Position numbers and translations under genes: made by a program. The notes below the pieces were generated by a model, which was not told the DNA's origin, made no database searches, and saw only the letters and a list, made by a program, of their open reading frames with translations. From Octopus sinensis (Eukaryota), in NCBI RefSeq assembly GCF_006345805.1, contig NC_043001.1, positions 24,118,001 to 24,182,000 on the forward strand: a stretch of 64,000 nt of DNA, in the 5' to 3' direction. Of the stretch, positions 54,135 to 64,000 are shown in pieces; positions within the stretch are counted from its first letter, which is position 1, and the number at the start of each line of letters is the position of its first letter.

Positions 54135-54718
54135 ATCTTTTACTTGTTTCAGTTATTAGACTGTGGCCATGCTGGGGCATTACCTTAAATAATTTTTAGT
54201 TGAATGAATAAACACCAGTACTAATTTTTTACTCTTTATTTTCTCTCTATATTTTCCCTCCTTGTTTCTTTCTGTGTTCCTTTCTGTGGAAGAACTTAGG
54301 CTCAAAATGTTAAAGACTTTTTCACTTTCTGAGCGTTAAACTAATACATCTGGTTGTTCTCTACACTACCCGTCTTTTGTTTTTTTGTGAATTCTCTCCT
54401 AATTTTTTTAAAGCCTGATACTTATTCTATCAGTCTCTTTTGCCACACCACTAAGTTATGGGGACGTAAACAAACCAACACTGGTTGTCAAGTGGTGATG
54501 GGAGACAGACACAGACTCACACACACACACAAACACACACACAAACATATAAAAATGACAGGCTTCTTTCAGTTTCCATCTATCAAATCCACTAACAAGT
54601 CTTTGGCCAGCTCAAAGCTTTAGTAGAAGACACTTGCCCAAGGTGTCACACAGTGGGACTGAACCCAGAACTATGTGGTTGGGAAGTAAACTTCTTACTA
54701 CACAGCCACACCTGCATC
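54135..54718 (-). mobile_element. Older SINE family A copy containing an HHR-element insertion (54235-54400)
   Basis: Family A tail and head flank the insert. Confidence 0.7.
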
Positions 54719-55465
54719 TAATAAATAATATTTGAAGGATTTTCCTTATTAATTCTCAGCTGACACATGACAAATTGATGTCTTGCAGCAGACTGTTTAT
54801 ACATCCAGAAAAGGTCTAAATTTAATTGAACATATTTCCTTTAACCTTTTTCTGACCATATTTCTAATGCAATACACTGTTTGTGACTTTCAATTAATTT
54901 TGAAAATACCCAAGAATTTGATGAGATTACGAAAATTAATTAACTTTGGTGTTATGAATGGTGGTATTTGTAATTTAGATATTAATACTTTTAACACTTT
55001 AAAACAGAAGATTATGTACCATAGAGACAAGGGCACACTCAGGCAAGTTGAGAGCCTGATCTTCTTGTATCTTTGGTTTTGATTAAGTGCTTCAACAATT
55101 AATGTTATTTCACTGCCTTAATAGCAACAACAATAATGATGGTTTCAAATTTTGGCACAAGGCCAGAAATTTTGAGGGAGGGAGTAAGTCAATTACACTG
55201 ATCCCTCCCACCACCACCACCACCACCACCACCAGTACTTGACTAGCACTTTATCGATGACCCTGAAAGGATGAAAACAAAGTCGACCGTGGCAGAATTT
55301 GAATCCAGAACATAAAGATGGATGGAATGCCTCTCAGAATTTAGCTTGGCATGCTAAAAATTCTGTTAGCTTGCTGCCTTAATAATAATAAAAATAATAA
55401 TGAGAAGAAAAAGAAGAAGAAGTATTATTATTATTATTATTATGATTATTATTATTATTATTATG

Positions 55466-55502
<37 letters not shown>

Positions 55503-55947
55503 GTAGTAGTAGTAGTAGTAGTAGTAAAAAGATGCAAAATTGTTCTTGCATGAACTGCCTTCATCCTAAGAAAAACATTGGCAAACTGAAAATACCTGAT
55601 TCTTTTAAAATTGTCTTAGAACTGAAATACCACAAATTTAATAGAATCTTAGTTCTCAAATTCTGCTCTCATTTCCTTACAATATATCATTGCTAAATAA
55701 CACCCATAGTGAAATATCTAACTTGCTGTTTCCACAGCCGGATGCCATTCCTAACATCAACCACTTTACAGTGTAGTGGATGCTTTTTACATAGCTCCAA
55801 CACCAGTGTTTTTTACACGGTGTAGCACCAATGCCTTTTTATGTGGCACCAGCACACACACCAATGTGTTTTATAGGATCTCAATTCTGTTGTGTGGGGT
55901 GGGTCTTCTTAAGTACAACATTGCACTACATGTCTCAGTTCTATATA

Positions 55948-56490
55948 TTGGGTTGTCCAGAAAGTTTGTGCCAATTTTTAAAGGAAAGAAAAATGTCAAT
56001 AAATACTTGCCATTACATTTTTAATCAACCTAATATGAACCATTTTGTAGCACAATGCGTCTCCATCTTTCCTTTAACTTGAAAATACCCTCTTTCCAGA
56101 ATTGAGGTGGTTTCATGGCAAAGAATTCATCAAGGTATCTTTTTACGCCATCCAAGGAATTGAAATTTTTACCATTAAGACTATTCTGCAGAGACCTGAA
56201 TAAGTGGAAATCCGAAGGAGCAATATCTGGTGAATATGGAGGGTGGGGTAACACGTCCCAGCTGAGCTGCAGCAATTTTTGTTTGGTTCCCAAAGCATCA
56301 AGTGCCGAAAAGGAACTTTCTTATCTTCCATTTTAAAGGGTTACAGAATTAACACAGGTTATAGGAACATAAACCTTCTTCCATGAAAAGATAGCTTAAA
56401 CTGTGTCCTATTTTATGGACTCAACCATGTTCTAAAATAAGTCGAAAGGTAAGCTACTATAAATTGGCATGAACTTTCCGGACAACCCAA
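55948..56490 (-). mobile_element. Mariner internal-deletion derivative
   Basis: TA|TTGGGTTGTCC.GAAAGTT TIRs; N-terminus MEDKKVPFRHLML joined to C-terminus HPPYSPDIAPSDFHLFRSLQN; a solo TIR also occurs at about 26941-26969. Confidence 0.92.
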
Positions 56491-56911
56491 TACATAGATA
56501 TACATGTGTATACACACATACACACAGATATAAAGAATAGATTTATGAGGATAAGATGTAAGCTGAAAGCATCAGACATGCAAATACTGTGTTAGTTACT
56601 GCTGAGGGGCAGCACTTGGGACATGCAGTAACTGAAGCTTCAAACTGATCCACCAAGTTGTTGTTTAGCTTCAGGTCAGATTTACAGCTCTGTGATCAAA
56701 GACAGCCATAAGCAAACTGTAGACTACAGGACTTTCTGAATGGCATGGCTAACAAAAAAATTACCTTGAATTTTTTGTATTTGTACTGCCTGCCTGATGA
56801 TGAGTCATGTCTCATATGGCCAGCTTCTTGAAAAATGTTGTCCATGCCTGATCTAAGACATTCAAGTCATGACTGATTTGTCTTTTTTTTCATGCATTGT
56901 ATACATTATAC

Positions 56912-57400
56912 CAGAGGTCCCAACCACCAGGCCATGACTGGTGCTGGTCTGTGGATCTTTTGCTACCAGGCTGCAAAGAAATAAGCAGGGTTTTCTGCAG
57001 TGACAGTAACCAAAACAAAATTATGAAGTAGACTAGACATAAAGAACACACTGCAAGTGTAATTGTCTCCCACCACACCCAGATGAGATTGTCCGGTTGC
57101 TGGGAAACATTCTCAAGGCTCCCACTGATTCTACATTATGGTGAGTTGATATTGGTGTGATAATAGTGTAATAGGTATCGATTCAGGAAAACTAAGCATG
57201 CGAATGTGTGGTCAGGCTGGAGCACAGACATAAGAGTCAAAAGCTTATATACTTTTTCTTCCCTTTCATAAATAGTTCTTTTTATCATTGCTCTCTTTAT
57301 TGAAATGCATTTAAATTAAACATATGTGCCACCACCAGTCTGCAGAAAGATTGCCTAGCATGAATCTGGTCCGTGGTATAAAAAAAGTTTGAGACCACTG
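56912..57400 (+). mobile_element. hAT/Charlie (MER1/Charlie3-like) deletion derivative
   Basis: Perfect 8-bp TSD cattatac; TIR CAGAGGTCCCAACC / AGTTTGAGACCACTG; remnant AGFSAVTVTKTKL*SRLDIKNTLQV*LSPTTPR*D..VAGKHSQGSH*. Confidence 0.88.
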
Positions 57401-57493
57401 CATTATACAATATAGATACATAATACTTAAACATCAGGTGTAAATAAATTACCTGTAACATCATTCAGGCCTTGTGTTGTAAGCAATGAAATA

Positions 57494-57868
57494 ACTCTTT
57501 TACTCTTTTCAGTCATTTGATTGTGGCCATGCTGGAGCACTGCCTTTAATCAAGCAAATCAACCCCAGGACTTATTCTTTGTAAACCTAGTACTTATTCT
57601 ATCGGTCTCTTTTGCCAAACTGCTAAGTTATGGGAACGTAACCACACCAGCGATGTTAGGGGAGACAAACACAGACACACAAACATATACACATACATAT
57701 ATATACATTGGCTTCTTTCAGTTTCTGTCTACCAAATCCACTCACAAGGCTTTGGTCAGCATAAGGCTATAGTAGAAGACACTTGCCCAAGTTGCCAAGC
57801 AGTGGGACTGAACCTGGAACCATGTGGTTCATAAGCAGGTTACTTACTACACAGCCACTCCTACACCT
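57494..57868 (-). mobile_element. SINE family A
   Basis: Match to family A. Confidence 0.85.
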
Positions 57869-59394
57869 ACTACACAGCCAGTAACTCAGAAGGAAGAATT
57901 TAGTGTATAGGTAGCTAATCACCATAGCTTTATCCCCATCAACTTCTATCCCTTACAATGCTTGATACAATATCTCAAGCTTCAGGATAGCATTACATTG
58001 AAAATTAACATATGCCTAACAACCTGATTAACATAGCTCATTCACTTAAGGAATTTTAAATTACCAGCCAAATTCTAACAGGTCTAATGCAGATGGCAGA
58101 AAATACAATATTCAAATGCCATCTGGGAACACGCTGTAACACTGTATAATTCATTCATAATTTAAAGAATACACAAGGAATGCAGTGGAATTTCTGGTGA
58201 ACCAATTGAAAACAAGCACTTTAAATATACTAAATATATAGGAGTAGATAACAGAAATGGTAGCTATATTATTATAAAAACTTGTGAGTTGCTTAACTCT
58301 TTTGTTACCATATTTCTGATGGAATACATCAAATTCGTTTGAATCAATTTGGAAAAATGATGAAATCATCATCATCATTGTTTAACGTCCACTTTCCATG
58401 CTGGCATGGGTTGAACGATTTGACTGAGGTCTGGCGAACCAGATGGCTGCACCAGACTCCAATCTAATCTGGCAGAGTTTCTACTGCTGGAAGCCCTTCC
58501 TAACGCCAACCACTCTGAGAGTGTAGTGGGTACTTTTATGTGCCACCGGCACGAGGGCCAGTCAGGCAGTACTGGCAACAGGCACACTCAAATGGTGCTT
58601 TTTATGTGCCACCTGCACAGGAGCCAGTCCAGTGGCACTGGCTATTTATTGAAATAACTTGGTCATTATTAAGCTGTTGAATTTACACGAATTTTGATGG
58701 GATATTTTTATTTAGATCCCTTTAAGATAGTGACTATGTATCACAGAACCAGAAGCTGTTTCAGGCAGGTTTGAAACTTCAAACACCTCCGGTCACTTCC
58801 ATAATATAAATGAACTGTTCCTTGGACTATTAGACATTTCTTTCATTTCAGCTATTCAAAACGATAATTAATAGAATATATATACATATAGCATTAAACC
58901 TATCTGTCTTTCTGTTTGTCTATCTATCTATTTATCTATAAAAAGACGAACAGACAGGTACATAGATTTAATATTTGTTTTTATATAAAGTTATATATAA
59001 AAAGAATTTAGTATTAAATTGAAGGATCACTCAATATATTTTAGTTGTGTACTTATTTATTTATCTGTTTGTGAAAAAGACTGACAGTGACTTGAAAGTT
59101 CTTATTATCCATCATCAAAGTACCTGATTATAGCTTGTAAGCCAAAAATTTGGAGCCACTAGGAACCGTTTTCTTGAAAAGATATATATATTTATATATA
59201 TATGCTTAGGCATAAGCACAAACGCACATACCATTATCTGTAACATGTATCATTAGTTCATCCACTCTTTGGTCTGTTAATTATTAATTGTCAATCTTGC
59301 TAGAATCCTTATGGAGAAAGCTCTTTATGGCCTTCATAAATGCTTCTTTCACTTTCTCCCATTGTGTTGGATTGTCACTTTTTATCTCGATTCT

Positions 59395-59905
59395 CTTAAA
59401 TGGCCAGGAGGCTCTCTTGAGGTTGTAGATAGTTTCTGTTACCTAGGTGACCAAATGAGAAATGGTGGGAGATGTTCTGACAGTACTGTTTCTAGAATAA
59501 GAATTGGGTGAAGGAAGTTTAGAGAGCTATTACCTCTATTGGCAACAAAAGGACTCTCTCTCACAGTGAGACTAGAGAGAAATGAAGGTAGTATGCTCCG
59601 TTAGATATGCAACATCAGTGCACATATACAACAAAGTGCAAATGTACTGAGAGAAAAGTTGGGCATAAGAGGAATAAATGTAGCATGCAAGAGAGAAAAT
59701 TACATTGATTTGGACATGTGATGTGTATGAATAAAGGACAGCTGCATAAAGAAGTGCCAGTCACCAAAATTGGATGATACCCGTGGAAGGAGACCCAGGA
59801 AGATGTGGGATGAAGTGGTAAGGACCGATCTCAGGATGTGGGGCCTCACAGAGGAAATCACAATGGAATGAAATATCTGGCGACATGAGGTTCTTGAGAA
59901 GACCC
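59395..59905 (+). mobile_element. RTE-clade LINE 3' fragment, related to 44440-45280
   Basis: LEVVDSFCYLGD..SRIRIG*RKFRELLPLL.TKGLSL. Confidence 0.8.
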
Positions 59906-60369
59906 ACCCATGTCAGTGAAACTGAGTTCTAGAAGTGCTGTGTCCCACCCACACTTAATAAGAAAACTTCTCACACACTCTACCAGAACAAATCAAATTA
60001 CATTTCTACACTTCCTTGCATTTCCACTTCTGCTTTTTCTGGGAGGGGCTTCTATCCCTCACACTTTTTACTCCATTTTCTACATATGTTTAAGCTTTTT
60101 TTCGATGATAATTCTTTTCAGTCTAGACAAATGAATGTAAATGCTTTCCCAAATACAACTGCACTTCGTTTTTGAAGCTCCAATGAATCTACAGGGTGAT
60201 ACACAAGCAGTCAATTATGAGTGCATTGCACCCTATAACAGAAACAACTGTAAGCTAATTAACTTTATGACATAATTTATTATTCCATCACCCCATCTAT
60301 TTGCAATCATCCTCAAAATCCTCTCATATTCATGGCAATCTCTGCTCCCAAACCTCTTCATCATTGTTT

Positions 60370-60600
60370 TTTATTTCTTTATTGCCCACAAGGGGCTAAA
60401 TATAGAGGGGACAAACAAGGACAGACAAAGGGATTAAGTCGATTGCAGCGACCCCAGTGCTTAACTGGTACTTAATTTGTCAACCCCGAAAGGATGAAAG
60501 GCAAAGTTGACCTCGGCAGCATTTGAACTCAGAATATAAAGACAGTCGAAATACTGCTTAGCATTTTGCCTAGCGTGCTAACGTTTCTGCCAGCTTGCCT
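60370..60600 (-). mobile_element. SINE family B
   Basis: Match to family B. Confidence 0.85.
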
Positions 60601-60813
60601 CTCCATCATTGTTTCTCTCCATCATTTACTACTGTCACCTCTATCCTACCCACTTACCAGGTCCGAACCTCAGTATCACTTCACCTATTCTTACCACTCG
60701 AAATGTCCCTCAAAGGCATGTCCCAACACATCTTCAACATCATCTCCCTCACTGCCACTCTCCTTACATTACTCCCTAACTCACTTTCCTTTCTTTTCCA
60801 ACTGCGGTATCCA

Positions 60814-61035
60814 TTGTTCTATATTTAAGAGATGAGGAATTATGTACACTACTTATATTTGATGGATATTTGTCCTCATCTTGTTTGTTGTTAATACAAC
60901 GTTTCAGCTGATATATCCTCCAGCCTTCTTCAGGTGTCTTGGGGAAATGAGAACTCAGGTTCGAAATTTCCCCCAAGACACAGCCGAAATGTTGTGTTAA
61001 CAACAAACAAGATGAGGAGAAATATCCATCGAATG
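60814..61035. mobile_element. Inverted pair of HHR-SINE tails; HHR at 60893-60938(-), core deleted in the plus arm
   Basis: Homologous to 12108-12279; core CUGAAGA..GAAAC-GUU. Confidence 0.85.
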
Positions 61036-61604
61036 TAAATAATGTAAATAATGTGCAATATCCATGTATCTACAGCAAGACAACTCTGTCTCTCTGTAAC
61101 CTTATTCTCTCAAATGTTGCAAAACCACTCCAATCAAGACTACCCCATCTCAATTGAATCATTTCTGCTTTTTTCATCTTGAAAGGTACTTGGTTACCCT
61201 GTCAGTGATGGTACCACATAAAAACTACCCAGTACAATTTGTGAAATGGTTGGCATTAGGAAGGGCATCTAACAGTAAAAATCATGCCAACATAGAAAAT
61301 GGAACCTGATATGGCTCCCAGCTTTACCAGCTCTTGTCAAAGCGTCCAACCCAAGCCAGTATGGAAAATGGACATTAAATAATAATAATGATGATGATGA
61401 TTTTGTGACCCCCTTCGGTCATGAATGACCATGGGATTGTACCTAGAAAGTTACCCTCTGAGGCACAAGTCCAAGCAATGTTGTTTATGGAAGACCAGCA
61501 GTCTCCCACGCATACCAGCCTCCCCTCTCCATGCCACTGATGTTATCCAAGGGAAAGGCAAAGGCCAATACAACTTGGCACCAGTAACGTCGCAGCTCAT
61601 TTAT

Positions 61605-61910
61605 TAACGTGCAAGTGGCTGAGAACTCCACAGACACGTGTACCCTTAACGTAGTTCTTGGGGAGATTCAGCATGACACAGAGTGTGACAAGGCTGGCCC
61701 TTTGAAATACAGGTACAACAGAAACAGGAAGAAAGAGTGAATGAAAGTTGTGGTGAAAGACTACAGCAGGGTTCACCACCACCCACTGCTGGAGCCTTGT
61801 GGAGCTTTAGGTGTTTTTGCTCAATAAACACTCACAATGCCTGCTCTGGGAATCAAAATTGCGATCCTACAACCGTGAGTCCGCTGCCCTAACCACTGGG
61901 CCATTGCACA
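61605..61910 (-). mobile_element. SINE family C
   Basis: Reverse complement of about 17548-17870. Confidence 0.85.
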
Positions 61911-62444
61911 TCCACATGATGATGATTATATTTATACATATATATACACACACACACACACATATATATACATACATACATACATATTATATGTTATGTT
62001 TTTATGTATATATACATGAGCGTACGTGTGTGTGTGTGTGTGTGCATATATGTTATGTTTTGTTAGCTTTTTTTGCATTAATTTGTATATCGCTCAAAAG
62101 TATCCGGATTTCCTATCTTTTCCAGTTCTCTGCTAAAATCGATACACTAGGATTATATTTTCGTTGAATCACCAAAATATTTTATTCCTATCGCTAATAC
62201 GTAATGCCTCCATTGTTATTGCTTATGAAAGTCATGTTTCTGTGAATAATTTTACACATAATGCGGCAAAACCTGAGAGATATGAAGTTTCTGTTAGTCT
62301 CAATTAATATTGGAGAGAATATTCAAGTTTCTCACCAGCACCAGTGTCTATAATAACCAGTCAATACTAAAATATTAGCTGATGAAGAATGATAGTGTAT
62401 GGTCTTTTTGCCGGAAACAAAAATTATTTTGTCAAAAATAACAT

Positions 62445-62848
62445 AGCAGGAGTGGCTGTGTGGTAAGTAGCTTGCTTACCAACCACAGGGCTCCGGGTTC
62501 AGTCCCACTGCGTGGCACTTTGGGCAAGTGTCTTCTACTATAGCCTTGGGCCGACCAAAGCCTTGTGAGTGGATTTGGTAGATGGAAACTGAAGGAAGCC
62601 TGTCGTGTATATGTATATATATATATGTGTGAGTGTGTGTTTGTGTGTCTGTGTTTGTCCCCCCAAAATCGCTTGACAAACGATGCTGGTGTGTTCATGT
62701 CCCCGTAACTTAGTGATCGGCAAAAGAGACCGATAGAATAAGTACTAGGCTTACAAAGAATATGTCCTGGGGGCGATTTGCTCAAATAAAGGCGGTGCTC
62801 CAGCATGGCCACAGTCAAATGACTGAAACAAGTAAAAGAGTAAAGAGT
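62445..62848 (+). mobile_element. SINE family A, full-length
   Basis: Match to family A. Confidence 0.9.
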
Positions 62849-62855
62849 ATAAATA

Positions 62856-63288
62856 CAGTAAACTCCCTCTTAACTAGTAACCAAATAATTGGAACTCTTA
62901 AGCAATCAGCACCTAGAAAAAAATAAAAAATGTTTTGCTAATTAGAGTATAGAGAATTTGTGCTAATTTGTGGTAATTAATTAACTGTCATTAAAGAAAG
63001 AGATTCTACTGTATCTAAAATGGTTTGTTGCTTCTCAAAGTATAGTATTGAATTTTATTTTACTGCACTTAATAAAACTTGTTATCTATTTGAATTATAT
63101 ATTCATTTCTTTCTATTTCATTTCTACTATATTCAGACTATTAATGATAATCCTGATGGATATATAAAGTTTCAATGAATTTTGTAAGGTGTTAGGTAAT
63201 TTAAAAAGTGATGATTAGATATGGGGGAAAATTCAGATATCTGGCAACTCTTCTGTTCTAATGGTGCCAGATAGAAGGGAGTTTGCTG
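62856..63288. mobile_element. Tigger/pogo-like MITE
   Basis: TA|CAGTAAACTCCC ... GGGAGTTTGCTG|TA. Confidence 0.65.
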
Positions 63289-63324
63289 TATTACATGCAT
63301 TTATTTTCATATACAATATAACCT

Positions 63325-63597
63325 GCGCTAGAAGCTGGGATTACCAAGCGTAGATTGGCATATTTCGGTCATATTATGCGGAGAAAATCCCTGGAGAAGG
63401 ACATCATGCTCGGAATGGTCAGTGGCAAGAGAGGAAGAGGCCGACCAAGAACCCGCTGGCTTGACACAAGCAGGAGTGATACTGGAATGGACATGGCCAA
63501 TCTGAAGGAAGCGGCCCAGGATAGAACTGACTGGAGGATACTGATCCATCGAGTAACCGAGAGTCGACTTCGACTGAGCGGATAGAGAAAGAGAGAG
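63325..63597 (+). mobile_element. RTE/BovB-like LINE 3' end
   Basis: YFGHIMRRKSLEKDIMLG.V.GKRGRGRPRTRWLD...WR.LIHRVTESRLRLSG*, with a short GA-rich tail. Confidence 0.85.
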
Positions 63598-64000
63598 TTG
63601 TTTTCATTGAGTCAGATAACTGTCTTTACATTACTAAATATATTCAAAAAAGGATCAAAGGTTCTTTCCAAGCCATAGGCTCACAAGGCTGGTTTACTGG
63701 ATTCTGTGATGTAGACTCCCCTGGTGGATTGGATGTCAGAGCATCATGAGGTCACTAATTTTTGCCAGCTGAGTGGACTGAAGCAACATGAAATGAAGTG
63801 TGTTACTCTTTTACTCTTTTACTTGTTTCAGTCATTTGACTGCGACCATGCTGGAGCACCACCTTTAGTCAAGCAAATCAACCCCAGGACTTATTCTTTG
63901 TAAGCCTAGTACTTATTCTATCGGTCTCTTTTGCCATACTGCTAAGTTATGGGGATGTAAACACACCATCATCGGTTATCAAGCAATATTGAGGGACACA

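Noticed and set aside
56912-56971. Minus-strand coding exon after ttctttgcag
   Set aside because: It lies in the terminal region of the hAT MITE

Overview
AT-rich, microsatellite-dense animal genomic DNA with no intact protein-coding gene; almost all ORFs in the track are translated (TA)n, (TATG)n, (TCTA)n, (AAT)n or (CAT)n repeats. The SINE repertoire and composition suggest a coleoid cephalopod, probably Octopus (inference from recalled repeat families, not from a search). The window is a mosaic of at least four SINE families; decayed LINEs (R4/Dong-like, CR1-like, RTE, BovB-like, Tx1-like); a young 5'-truncated Penelope-like element of Neptune type (RT + Cys linker + GIY-YIG); mariner, hAT, piggyBac and Tigger-like MITEs; and Helitron-like non-autonomous elements. 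The main unexplained signal is a dense, diverse set of type I hammerhead ribozyme (HHR) motifs, about a dozen by eye. They occur (i) in the tail of a tRNA-headed SINE that also forms inverted pairs, a candidate Penelope-mobilised SINE; (ii) as solo HHRs at the tip of 80-130 nt hairpins, one tandemly duplicated at 426 bp like a retrozyme dimer; and (iii) as non-canonical core variants (U3-A8 and A6U). All folds and alignments were done by eye, and repeat boundaries are approximate unless a TIR or TSD is quoted.
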